Assembly (NCBI GenBank): GCA_051294905.1
Contig: CM119381.1
Span: forward strand, 2,232,001-2,296,000
Origin: Botryllus schlosseri
Lineage: Eukaryota
Length of the DNA: 64,000 bases
Reading direction: 5' to 3'
The notes beneath the pieces were generated by a model that made no database searches, was not told the origin of the DNA, and saw only the letters and a list, made by a program, of their open reading frames with translations. The position numbers and the translations under genes are program-made. Below are positions 27,421 to 40,289 of the stretch, piece after piece (the first letter of the stretch is position 1; each line of letters starts with the position of its first letter).

Positions 27421-30400
27421 CTCAGCTCTATTTGTGATTTGTGTCAATTGGTTGCTGTTGGAAATACTCGCTTGCATCATTGCACTGGTCAGAAAAGTTT
27501 TGAAGACTATTACGGTGTCCCGCTTCCGCGAAATTGAGACTGGGCAAAAGAGATGGACCTATCGACAGGCCTGGGCAAGTTTAATTATGCCACTCGGAAA
27601 TTCTGTAGACTGTACATTTCATACACGGTGCGAATAATACGATCCTGTCGGCTGATATTGATATTGAGTGATGATATATATACACTGGCTGTGGTCAAAT
27701 GGTAGAACGATCACTGGAACCGTGAAATGAATCCATTCCTGCTTTTTCAATATTGATATTCTTTGTGTCGAGGGGTGAGTCCATTTCTATTGAGATCTCT
27801 TGTTTCGTCCAATCCATCAATATTTAAATACCTATTACTTTCCTGGGACAGGTCCGAACAAGCGCGATTGATACACATCAACGTAATTACATTCTGCGAA
27901 ACGGTCGCTTTTTGGGCAGTAACCAAATACCATATTCTTTTCGCCAGCGTATCGGCTGCGGGTGGAAACGGAAATGTAATATCGTGAAAACATTACGTAC
28001 AAATTGAACGTGAACAATCGAATCGACGCGGATTCGAATCAGATGTTGAATATTTGACTGGAATCGAATCAAATCACTTTTGAACCGTATATTTCATTAA
28101 TCTTTAAGTACGAACATTAGTAAAGTTGGGCACAAATAGAGCACTCGAAGTAGGTAGCAGGAGGTTACAGATATTTACTCGCGTGATAGGAAAAACAAGA
28201 ATACCTCCCCATTCCAACTTTGATGCTTTACTGTTAAGATACACAGATGTTCTTCATCATTCTCAACTGCTCTAGAGTGTCGCACTCTATTTTCAGGGGA
28301 AATTTACATCAGATGGCCGAAATCAACTGGAGAAGCATCCGTGACATCGGCACCCATAAACACTTTCATAATTTGGTTTGTGTACACGGTAAATGACATT
28401 TCAGCAACAACGCGCTGAGTGCGAACATAAATGAGGTACTCTTATGCAATATCTCTAAGTTCAGAGGGATTTCTAAGCGTGAGATCAGATTGTATGTCAG
28501 ATGCCATGTACTCTGTTATGGAAGCTGTCGTTCAAAATCGCTTTACCTAAACGTGGTTCTTCCGTCATGTTGATTCGATTCGACATTTCAGACTTCATCA
28601 ACAATACATTTGATTCGATTCAATTTCGAATAAGTGATTTGTTTTGCTCATTCATAATCACGAGACACTGTCCGCAAATGATCAGTGCCAATGAAATGTA
28701 ATTCCTATACGATTGCCCGTGATTGCTATTTGCGGCTTGGAGATCGAGAGCTTTCTTCAATATATATATCACCAAAATTTTCCTTTTTGTACCGTGGGAA
28801 CTTGACTACGCTTCTGATAATTATAATTATTCCATAACAATATGTTCGCTATAAATATATATTGAGATTAATAAGGCTTATGTAACTGTTGTATCGAAAA
28901 AATACTGGCAAGTAGATAGCAATTGACGGGCGGAAAGATTCTATCATGATAAGCGCACAATTTGGACATTTGCTATTTCGGACATAGCAATTCCATTTCG
29001 GACATTTGCCACGTCGATCCTTTTCTCTGCCTCTTTTCATAGTGTTGGTACTGTGTAAAGATCATATATGGAGTCTACTTGGTGTTATAAGAGTTTTCAT
29101 GGGATGCATATCTAGTATATAAACACCATATAAGACCGTTCCACAAATTGCTGACGTTTAGATGTATCTGCAAAGTCTTAAAAAGTCGTGACATTCAAAA
29201 AAAAAATATACATGTCTACTCTATGGATGTACGACATGGCACATAAACCATTGATGAATTCATTGGTGGTCGACCGATAGACGAACTTTGGCCAGGCGCT
29301 GCTACAGACATTCCTTTTGGTGTCAATTTTCGATAACGGTAACTGCTATTTCGACCTTGTGACTGTGGAGAGATTTGGATCTATATGAGTCAAAACGATT
29401 GAATTAATAAATAGTTCATGCAATGAGAGTGTGCGAGTAATTTATAGGGATAGCGTAAGAAATAATGTTGTAAGGGTATACTTATTCATGAATTCTTGAA
29501 CATCGCTCACGTAGGAATGGTGTATATCCAACATTAGCATGTCGATAGCGAACTTTTCCTTGCTACAACATCATAGATAGCATACCAACATGATAGGTTA
29601 TCGGTTCTACCACAAGAATCTGTTTCGCGACATATAGAAGACCAACTCTCATGAACATTTTTCTATCGAAAATTATACAAGTCCTAGACTAGAGTAGGCT
29701 ATCACATCTGTGAAGGGTTTTCGGAATCACGTGAATCAAGGCGGTTATCTCCAGATTTTCTCTAAAACGATTCCATTCATTTACACGACACATACTGAGA
29801 AAGATAAGTTGATGAGTCGCCATATTTGCGAACCCCGCACTGTGTCTTGTCCAATTACTTGTCTTAATTAGACAACCATGAAATCGACAGCTGACATTTA
29901 GAATTAATTACCGCGGCCACTACGCCGTTAATTGTTGTCAGAACGCTCGGTATAAGATCTTGAGTGAGTTAGCGAGTCAATTCCGGTCTAAGGACGCTTG
30001 TTTTTAAATATGAATCACGAGGCATGATTGGGGTGCTCAGATAAGTATATGTTTTCTTAGCTTTCCTCGTCTAATGCGGACTATTCTGGAATTGCCATAA
30101 TCAGCCTTTTGTTGTTAAAATAGAGTTTATACTGGTGCCGGCTGTCAGATTACATCGAATAACACAAGATAGCGTTCACAGGTCCACGTTGGCAGGCGAG
30201 CATAAACACAGATTTCAGATTTTTTCAAGTGACGCACGAGGCCAATTTCGATAGTCTCATGTCGAATGACACACGCGCTGCCGTACCATCAACAAGATAC
30301 GATGTATGAGCGATAAGTACTTTCTGAGAAATGTTTACTTTATATTGAAAAGAAGAGAATAGTACTTTTTCAAGAGTGTACACAAACACAACAGAGACGT

Positions 30401-31940
30401 CACGTGTTAGTTTTGTAGATTTATGATGTCATTTCTGTATTTTAACGCTTGCAGAATGGATGCATGCAATTATAGCTTACTTTATACCGCACGTATCTTG
30501 CACAGCACTGCTGATCTGATCTGTAACTTTCTGTATAACAATTGACTGCTACACAAGTAGATATACAGTTTATACACCTCACCACCCTAGACTTGAACAA
30601 TAAATCTTTCAGCATTTCCAGATTAGATTAATTATAATTATAGCTACACAGCAGTGTTCCCAAATTAGCCTATACGTACAATTATAAGTACACATTTTTT
30701 TCCACTTTAGATTAGAATTAGAATTATAGCTACACAGTTTTTTTTTGTAGCTATAGGTTGTTTTGTGTGACCCAGAATTTCACGTAGCAGTACTTGGCTA
30801 CTTAGATTGGATATAGATAGACATCGTTCCAAAAGACCAATATGTGTTGCTATAGTCTTGATAGATGGATGAGTTCACAATTGCATAATTGCTATCACTG
30901 CACACACCGTCGCCAGCTTCCCACAGGCCGTGAGTAGGTTTGGGCAAAGTTTGTGGCCATTTCTTAAGAAATAAGTACGCCAACTGGAAAGGTTGGGTCG
31001 CGGAACATTTTTTAAATCGAAATTTGGAGTCGCAACTGTAAAAAGTAAGCAAATTCCTGGTCTAATTAGACAAATAGAATGATATAGTTGTCCAAATCCT
31101 CTCCCCAAACTTGAATTTTGAATCTATTGCGTGCGCACGAAAATAATCAGATGACCAAGGCAGGAATGCACAGGACGGCACTATAACTTAATTTTATCGA
31201 GGTTGAGATTACTGATTGGCGGCAAATTGCAATAGGTTCAAAGCTACGCATCAGAACCGCAGCCATCGATCTATTTCAGGCGGTTGTAATCGGTTTGGAG
31301 TATTCTTCAAAGCGCGCATCATTACATTACCCAGTTTGTAAAACGTTAGATTTATCACCCAGCTGAATGGGGTGGATTACCCGCTTAGGTATAATAGGGA
31401 ATATTGATTTTGGATAGATTTCAAAGATCCCACTGCCTGATCAGCTATCCCGTACACAGTAATGAGGTAATTTACGCCACTTGGGTCACTTTACAGAGTG
31501 AGTTACTACAAGCAGGAGTGATCCTGTTTTCGATTTGGTACAAATGGGGCGTATCAGGGGATGATCCGCTGTGTCATTTATCTCTATCACGAGTCACGGC
31601 GTGTTTATTGCAATGGTCGTTTTATTACGTGGTGAATCAACTGGATGCGTACGGTAGCCTTATAAGTCGAATAGTATACGCTTCACAAATAAACAGCTAT
31701 TCATTGTGGAGTACGTGGAAAAGATGTAGGGCAATTGAATAAGTGAATTACCCCGTAACAACATAAGTAATATCAATATTTACATCTCAAGGCTGCTGGA
31801 TATCTGGGTGAAATTATATATACACGGATAGATAGTTATATGCTTTATACAGAATTAGTAGGTATTGAAATAGGATATTTACTCTATCTTTCTTAGCATG
31901 ACTTGACTCTTAGCGAGCAGGTACACTATATTACAAAATC

Positions 31941-32838
31941 GTGGCGACATAGCGTATAGCGTATATACTACAGTGGTATAATCCACCGCTACAACACCAA
32001 TGGGTAGCGGGTTTGAGTTAGGGATGAGCATCGGAGTGGAGTCGGAGTGAATTCGGAGCGGAGTTTTGCCGATTTGGTGGCAGTCGGAGCGGGGTCGGAG
32101 TTTACTACAGATATTTTGTCGGAGAATTTCGGAGTACTTTAACTTTTGTCTCCGATATCTTTGGATAGCTCTGACCAGAATACACTAACAATTATGATCA
32201 CAAACTTAAACACAGACAGTTGACTCCTTTTAAGTTGTAACATGACGGGTAACATGCAAAAATGATTGTCAAGTGCATAAAAATCAGTCATCTGCACTGC
32301 AATTATGGACTGGAGAGCATAGTAGACAATACTATGAGATGAGGCCAACCATATTATCACATTTATTTAGTAAAACACATTACCAAGTGTACCATGCTTG
32401 TCACTCTAATGATATGGTTAAACTTAAAATGGTATGATTGACCACGAGCTATCTTAACCTAGGCTTTTTCGTTGAGCATTGTCTGTAGTTAATTATGTTT
32501 CGGATACTTGACGAGATTCATCGGAGTATCTCGGAGTCGGAGGGAGTTTTCCTCGGACACTAAAGCTGTCGGTGGGATTCGGAGTCTCTAAAAGCACTAT
32601 CCGCTCATCACTGGTTTGAGTCCGACCGGGGTCGGCTCAAGAATTCCTACCTAAGTGTTTGAGGTATATCTGGGCTCCTCCTCGCGATCTGATCCGTGTA
32701 AGCGGTGTCTTATAAATGCCTAGAAGTGGGCCGAGCTGTAAGCAGCAGCTACGGAACAAAATGATGCAAATTGGCCTGGTGTAAATGACCATAGTATTCG
32801 ACAAGTACCATGCATACCACAAAACAACAACAACAATC
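31941..32838 (+). mobile_element. tRNA-derived SINE split by a hAT MITE inserted in its B box
   Basis: Head at 31941-32018 and body plus (AAC)n tail at 32614-32838 align to the SINE at 19119 once 32019-32613 and one TSD copy are removed. Confidence 0.9.
32019..32613. mobile_element. hAT MITE with TCGGAGT subterminal repeats
   Basis: TIR tagggatgagc versus gctcatcactg (9/11); perfect 8-bp TSD gtttgagt (32011-32018 and 32614-32621); ggagt/cggag arrays at both ends. Confidence 0.9.
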
Positions 32839-34662
32839 ATGCTACAGGAGAGCTGTTAAGTGTGATATGATCCAAGCGTGCTGTACAGACATTTGTGATT
32901 CTCATGCTTACAAGAATGAACTCTAATTTGCTACGAAGTAGGCTCGATTCAATTCCAAGTTTTCGCGATTTCAGTAATACCAATTCTTATCTCATTTGGA
33001 AAACATCGTGTATAGCTATATAATTGTAATTTTAGTCTAATTGAAAAAAAACTGTGTAGCTATAATTCGAATCGCATTTGCAAAATCTGGAAATGTTCTA
33101 GTTGTCCAACCCCGATTGCAAGTGTCCACATACGGTGAGAGGCCCAGTACTGGACCATTCGCAGTTGTCTACACGAGTAAATATGTCCTGATTTATCGTT
33201 TCCACTTGGGAATAGCCGTTCCTGTTTTGCTCGGCCTTTCGCGTGATGGTTGGACGATGACGAATGACAACAGTCGGTTGAACGAAGTTCGCCACGAGAC
33301 TGTTTTTCCTGCGTTGGATTTACCAGAGCCACTTCTCGCCGGATTCAAAACAGTGACTTCCGAGGGCGTTAAGTGCTGTAGTATACACTGCATACCGTAA
33401 CCATGCGGCATACGTGCTTGAGTTAGGGAAGCAAATGAGCAAATTAAGACTGGACTCATTGCAAACTGAAAAAAAATCATAGCGAAAACTTGGACGTATT
33501 GTCATATCTCATTGTGGGCCCCACAATGACACTCGCATTAATAGTGGTTCAGGAACTGAAAATCTTGGGAAGCACTGGGCTAAGCCATACTGAAGGCAAT
33601 CACGATATAAATCTTAACTAGATTGATACTGTGCAGATGCCCTTCCACAGCAGAAATTTGAAAAAGGCACGCAGAATCCAGCATGCAAAACGATGCAAAG
33701 ATCAATTACGTGGTCAAGGTATATGCTAATAGCTACTGAGGTTAATATTATCGCTTTACCAAAGATTCTAAATCCAGACATTCCCGGCGTTTAATTTCAC
33801 AACATGACATAATGCAGAGCGACCTTACGGTAAAACACAGCAACGCGCCATAATCGGCATTGTCCCATGAAAATAAACAACAAACCACGCGACACGTTTT
33901 TAATATCCATTACCTACGTCAGTTATTTGCACGTCTTTGCATTCTGCGCGACAAAGCCGGCGGAGAAAGTCGCTTCACAGAATCCTGCTCGATAGGAAAC
34001 TGGCTTTTCTCCTAGCACAGTCGCAGCGGTAGACGGGACTATTTTATCCTCGCGGTATTGAGACGCGCATCAATAGCAATTACTTCTGCTGCAATGACGT
34101 ACGTGGTATCTTACGCATTTTCAGTCACGATTCCGTGTAGTTTTGTTATAATTGCTGATAATTGGCAACTTGTCCAGGAGGAAACCTACCCATGAGTCAC
34201 TAACAGTAAGGCCGTAACAAGTGTTAACGAAACCGGAGTTCTAGATCCGCGTCTAATACAAATAGGAACAGCATAGTGACGCTAAATATCTGAAATTCTC
34301 GAGATGAGTATTTTCAAGCACTTTCTCTATTGCTGCTATATTTGTCTGGATTTTGCGTCCATGTAATATAGTCGTGGGACTTTCGTATTGTTTTCTCGGC
34401 TACTCGCAGTATCCACGAGGAATCTGACGACGTCCTTGGATATTATGTAGTCTTTTGCGACCATGATCGACCAATAAGACTTCTATTCGAAAGTAGCGTT
34501 AGACTATGTAATAAAATATTTGTCTAATTCTACTACCTTTTTGATCCCAGGCGTCCACAAATAACTGAACAATGAACATTATACAAAGAGTCACATAATG
34601 AGCCCAAAATATTTTTTTCAAGTAATCTTCATCTTGGTCTTGAGAAAACTATTTTAAAATTA

Positions 34663-34824
34663 AAGAGCTTCTTGAACGTACGGAACTTCAATACTGAATA
34701 GTATATTCATCTTCAAATTAACCCGAATATTTTCGGCTGACACTCGCCACGAGTAATCGCCAATTCTCTACTAATTGCTAACGATATTCGGGTTTTGTTT
34801 CAATATGAATATACTATTAAATTG
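34663..34824. mobile_element. Foldback family A, short copy with leader
   Basis: aagagcttcttgaacgtacggaacttcaata leader, then tgaatagtatattc...gaatatactattaaattg inverted arms. Confidence 0.8.
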
Positions 34825-34830
34825 TATATT

Positions 34831-35342
34831 CAGGGGGTAATTTCCGCACCCAAAACCCCCCAATTGGGGGGGGGGGTGCGAGCTCGAAGGAGGCCCAAAA
34901 TTATTTCGCAAATTAGCATAAATTAGAGAGTTTTTTTGAAATTCTAAAACTTCTACAAAAAATTTCGCGCCAGGCGCAATTTAGTGTTGCCAAATGTATG
35001 GATTATTGGGTACTCCCCCCCCAAAAAAAAGAACAAAATACCATCTGTATACAAATGGGCATTTCGGCGTCGGCCATTACCACGCCATGACGCACCAAGA
35101 CATATATAGAATTTCAGGCCATGCAACATGCGACTCCAAGAAGTGTGCCAGAACGATCGGCGGCGAGAAAACCTGGGCCGAAATGGACTGTCCTTATGCT
35201 GACCGAAAGCTTCGATATATATTCATAGGCCTAGTCCGTAGGTGCCTAAATGGCCAAGACCCCCAGACGTTTGGTTTATCACGTCTTGGGGGCCCCAAGA
35301 CCAATGTTTTGGGGGAGCTGACGAAGTGCTGTTACGGTCCTG
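34831..35342. mobile_element. hAT-like MITE, family E
   Basis: Perfect 8-bp TSD tgtatatt (34823-34830 and 35343-35350); ends cagggggtaa and ttacggtcctg; internal homology to 37540-38346. Confidence 0.8.
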
Positions 35343-36150
35343 TGTATATTGATATTGAGATAATCCGGAATGTTGTCGGCTGACATTCGTCGGGGGTAAT
35401 CGTCAGAAACTAGTAGAGCAGGGCCGGCCAACCCGTGGCCCGCGAGAAGGTTTTGAGTGGCCCGCGAAGTAATTTCCGAAATTAGTAATATAATACAAAA
35501 TGGATTCTGAACTTGCAAGGCCAACCAAAAATTTGATTAGTCTTGCCACAACACGTGAGATGTGATGACCAAAATATCAGTTCCGACACATTGGCAGTTC
35601 CATGAGCCAGTCACATTTTGATAGATCTTCGTACGCTACAATAAATCAGAATAATTTGAGATAGATTTATCAAAAGTAAAAATTTTCCTCACGTTTCGCG
35701 CAACATGTTTTCACTCGATTTCTTGCTTTAAATATTGTTACCCCTTTGTGAAAATGGATGAACGCCTGATGTATCAGATTGAGTGTAATTATATTCGCGA
35801 TTATGAGAAAAAGTGTCGTTCAACATGTGCGACCTTGCGTTTGCGCTAGCAGAAATACCGTCGACGATGAAACCTAGGCACAAAATGATTGATGCATGTT
35901 GGTCGAAACTTTCGATATCGATATGTCCAGGCAACGAATAGTTCAGTCCTTGCAAACTGCGCGCAGCGATATACAGCAGGCCCGCAATATAGTCAAGTGA
36001 CAATACTATTGACCTATGAACTTCGAAAAATTTTCGCGCCCGGCGCGGCTAGTGACCCGCGTAATAGTTCGTCAATCGAATGTGGCCCTTTGGCCAAAAA
36101 GGTTGGCCAGCCCTGTAGTAGAGCATTGGAAATAATATTGTCCATCGGCA
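35343..36150. mobile_element. Foldback family A copy interrupted by a Charlie-like MITE
   Basis: cggctgacattcgtcgggggtaatcgtcagaaactagtagag at 35377-35418 continues as tagtagagcattggaaa at 36116. Confidence 0.7.
35419..36115. mobile_element. hAT (Buster/Charlie-like) MITE
   Basis: TIR cagggccggccaacc versus ggttggccagccctg (14/15); perfect TSD tagtagag (35411-35418 and 36116-36123); ggcccgcg subterminal motifs. Confidence 0.93.
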
Positions 36151-36939
36151 ATCCAATGTCCATTAGACGTACTGGCAAATGAGCCTATGCTGGACAGTAC
36201 ATCTATGCCGCGGTCATCCAAGGTCAGTTTTGTTTACAAGCGAACATTTGTCCCACATGCGTCATCTTGATTCTGTGTCTATTAATTGGCTCGACTCCAT
36301 ATACTCCTGCAAGGCCAGTCATCGTTACGCTTTGTTTTTCAAGAACTGGGCTCCCGAGGGAGATTTGACCGAGCGCTTATCCTGTTTTTCATCGCGCACA
36401 GTTAGTACGATAGTCAGCTTCGAGTGGGCGAGGTGGCACCATCGCGACTCCCTCGAGCCTTAAAACCTATTAGCGGTGTATTTTTGGATCGTACTCCCAG
36501 GAGTAACCGTTTTTCAGACACAATCTATTTCGGTGACCACGGCCGACTCTTTCATGAAGTTTAACAATGCGCGATGCTCTCGAATGGCTTTACCGCGACT
36601 TAGGTATGAGTAATTATCGAATGTGTACACGAGCAGAATAATTACGGTCTCGGCATAGCAGTTTAAAGACACCATTTCGCATTGTACTCGTGGATAAAGC
36701 ATTAAAACTAGATCAAGAGACTCTTGCATTTACAGAACTTAAGTATACAATTGAATTATTATATTAATATCGAAAATATCCTGGTTTATTTCAGTCTTAA
36801 TATATCATTCAATTGTAAAGTAAGCTCGCGGATGGATTGTTAATCGATCCGCAAAACAAACTACAAAATCCCGTCCGATATTCTACAAAATGTTCAATTA
36901 AATTAGGTCCACAGTATTTCGAAATCCAGAAGAGAGGAC

Positions 36940-36973
36940 CGGGGCCTACGATGTTCGAATATCGTAGGCCCCG
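36940..36973. mobile_element. 34-bp (17+17) palindromic micro-insertion with 7-bp TSD
   Basis: agaggac[cggggcctacgatgttc|gaatatcgtaggccccg]agaggaa; arms 16/17 identical; the paralogous family C site at 45416-45422 has a single agaggac and no insert. Confidence 0.85.
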
Positions 36974-37203
36974 AGAGGAAACTTTCTACAAATCATAAAA
37001 CTTCTAAAATCGGACGAGAAAACTTATAAATTGAAATTTTTTACTGTAGTCACTGCGGCCGGAGTCCAGATTTCTCGTCATTTATGGCATTTAGTATAGT
37101 TGTACCTGTACAATCGCCGACCTGTCAAAGCTATAATAGAGGACACGTTGGCAAAACGGAGGAGATTTTAGATTTCTTGAAAAAGGAGGACGTGTATGGC
37201 AAC

Positions 37204-39199
37204 CAGACATGGGGTGATTACTTCGTGAATGTAATCGATTGCGATTACGATTACTTCTGAATGACGCGATTACGATTACGATTACGATTACAGCAAAATC
37301 AGGAAGTAGTCGATTACGATTACGATTACATTGGAAAAGTAATCACGATTACTCACGATTACATTTATTCTGCATCTTAGAAGTTATATATTGGAAGACA
37401 ATATATGGATTGCGCTGAAAGGCCTAATGAGATAACAACTTTCTTTAAAAAAGATGCGACATTTGTTTGTTACGTCGTAAAGTACCCATGCCCATTTTAT
37501 AGAGGACGATTTATCGCACACAACGATTTGCATTCTTGCTACGTCCACAACCGCCGCACCCAAAATTTCCCAATAGGGCGGAGAGATAGCTCGAAAGGGA
37601 ATCAAAGTAGGTCTATTTCGTAAACCAATACAAATTATAGACTATTTTCGAGAGATTTCATGAACTTGAAAATTTTCTACGAGCATCGCGATTTAAATGT
37701 CTCTATATAGCTTGATTTTGAAATACATACGTCTCCTCCTCAAGAAAAAAAGCATGCATAATTTATTGTAACAGGCATTTAGTTGCCAGTCAATACCACG
37801 CCACGACGCACCAAAAGACACACGCAGTTTCGGCCAACATGCGAATCCACGAAGTGTGCTACTAATAAAAGACATTGGCCGAAACTTGGGGTATGTGTCC
37901 ATTGTCAATACCCGCGCTGGGTGGGCGTGACTAATAGTCTGGTCCGTCCAATTTGAGCCCACAAGGCAAATGCCACCCGGGCACCCACAGAGCATTAAAG
38001 ACATGGCAATTTGTGTGTGCGTCTCACGCAAGTATTTCTTTTAGTCTGCTACGTCTGGGCCACTACAATATCTGTTTGATTATATAACAGACCGGAGGTT
38101 ACGAATTAACAACGTCCCCTAAAGTAATTATTACAAGATACCAGATGTTATACCTATGAATCACGTGCCCCCAGCTCATCAGGTAAATCTGACCATCGGG
38201 GGCTGAGAGAGTATTAAAAATGAATAGTAATATAATGCATTTACCAATATTATATGACGAAATTAAATCTTCAACTTGAAAATTTACTACCCTATGGGGG
38301 CCAAAGACCAACGTTTGGAGTGGGGGGATTTGCTGTTTTGGTCCTGATTCTAGCTACAAGCCACGCTAACATTGTATATAAGCCGATGGCTATGGCGGCA
38401 GGTCCAAATGTTGAGTAAAGCATTGTGAAATAACGATTGGCGCCCGTTTCAAGAAGAATCATATGAGAATAAGAGAAGGTGAACATAAAATTCTGCCTTC
38501 AACTTAATACGGATAATGTAATGCAAGCAGCCATTTCGAGAAACGGCTCGGTTATGATATATATCAGTAGCTGTTGATTTTTAATGCTTCGTCGTGGAAA
38601 CCGTAATGTTTTATTTGACGAGTAGGCCTACAAAATTTCAAACCTTTTTCCGGTGTACGTTCGTGCTACATAAGCCTACTGCTCGTCAAGCAGCAACGGT
38701 CAAACTGCGTTTAACTAAGCATAACCAAACATCAATACAAAAGTTACTATTTTAAACTAGGCAGAGTGGTGATTAACTGTTCTGATAACCTGATATACAT
38801 CAGGGTGAGTGTTCTTACAATCACACCAATTACATCGAATATCTATTCACTATGTGTGGATAGCTGGATAAATCATACTGACGCAATGACGAGCAAAGCT
38901 AATAGGCCACTTCTGACGTAATAAGGAGTAGTGTCATTTGGAAATCTAACGTTTGTGCTATCACTAACTGGTATAATCCTTGTTCATGTTCACGAATGTT
39001 CAGTTTATGTCATAGTCCTGTACAAATAAAAAGTAATCGTTCTTTCACAAAGAAATCGATTAAATACGGGAAGTAGTCGATTACGATTACGATTACTTGG
39101 GAATTTTTTCGAATGTAATCGATTGCGATTACGATTACTTGAAAATGCTGTAATCGTCGTAATCGATTACGATTACTAATCGCGATTACCCCATGTCTG
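37204..39199. mobile_element. ~2-kb hAT non-autonomous element with GATTAC subterminal arrays
   Basis: TIR cagacatggggt versus accccatgtctg (12/12); perfect TSD atggcaac (37196-37203 and 39200-39207); (gattac)n arrays at 37215-37365 and 39075-39190. Confidence 0.93.
37540..38346. mobile_element. Family E MITE nested inside the GATTAC element
   Basis: TSD attct(t/a)gc (37532-37539 and 38347-38354); collinear homology with 34831-35342 (ccgcacccaaaa; accacgcca..acgcaccaa; gggggcc..aagaccaa; ggtcctg end). Confidence 0.7.
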
Positions 39200-39856
39200 A
39201 TGGCAACCTTAGTTAAATACGCGAAATATCCGTTAATTCCCGTATGAAATGATTGTAATGTGAAATATTATATTCTAAAACTTTAGGCAAAAAGAAATAA
39301 ACTGTAAATTAGTACATCAATTGACTTGTCCCCTGATCTATGTTTTACACGCATTTTTCCTACTTCAATCATTGATACGAAGAAACGAACGTATATAATG
39401 TATACGTTTGAATAACATATTTACATTGAAATAAACCGAAATGTGTAATGTCACAAATATGCAACTCTCTCAACATTGACATGACATAACCTATAACGCA
39501 TAAGCAAAATGAGCAATCATCCCCATACGCTGCTGTGTGGAATGGCGTGGAAATGAACTACGACCTTCGTGATCCATTGACGACAGACTCAGTTGATATT
39601 GTTTTGGCGGTATCATTGACGGAGTCGAATGACATTCGAAGATGCCTTCGTTATATTGTTTGCGTCACGTTGTGACTGGGTCGTGAGCATGCATTCGAAC
39701 CCCGAGAGAATTTGAGCATTCCCGGACATCAATGAGGCGATCGACGCGGTTTTGCCGTTTGTAGCTGCCTGGTTATTATGTTGCGACTCGATACAGTTCA
39801 TCTTTAAACGCATTTATACCTGCATACACTTCCAATTTAATTAGGTGTACTATAGA

Positions 39857-40289
39857 TAGGGTTGCATTTAACATAAATAGTTGTTTAAAACACTTTTTTA
39901 AAAATATGTTTTATACAGTGTTTTGAACAAATGCACTTTGAAAACAAAACAAAATTGTGTTTTTGTTTCAAGATTTTCATGTAAAATCGTGCCATAATTG
40001 TGTAAATACTTTCCAAAACACATGTTGTATGAGCCTACGGACGATTACCACCCGAATAGCCGACGTATACGATATGGGATGGTTGGAACCCTCAATATAT
40101 ATATATAGTCGGTCCAACAGCTATAGTGCGTAGATAATATTTCCTAAAATGAGCTATATTTACACTACATTTTCAATTGTCAATCCACTATGGCGTCACA
40201 ATTGAATATTTGCGACGTCAAGGCTTATAAAAAAAAGTGTGTTTTAAACAATAAATAATTATTTTAATTTTTTTTTAAATGCAACCCTA
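39857..40289. mobile_element. hAT MITE, family D
   Basis: TIR tagggttgcattta versus taaatgcaacccta; inverted paralog at 54032-54446; TSD partly eroded (actataga and tggataga). Confidence 0.88.

Larger units (their letters stand above)
36904..39210 (+). mobile_element. Family C hAT MITE hosting nested insertions
   Basis: Left end taggtccacagtatttcgaaatccagaagagaggac and right end aaaaggaggacgtgtatggcaacctt resemble 45387-45730; TSD a(a/g)ttaaat (36896-36903 and 39211-39218). Confidence 0.7.

Noticed and set aside
28297-28388. Candidate exon with FN3-like wording (EIYIRWPKSTGEASVTSAPINTFIIWF)
   Set aside because: The resemblance is superficial and the segment lies between inverted GAATC arrays that probably mark a MITE.
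37215-37365. Regular short repeats (GATTAC and similar arrays) as a CRISPR-like array
   Set aside because: They are 6-bp tandem units without unique spacers, mirrored at both ends of a TIR/TSD-bounded element, so they are hAT subterminal repeats.
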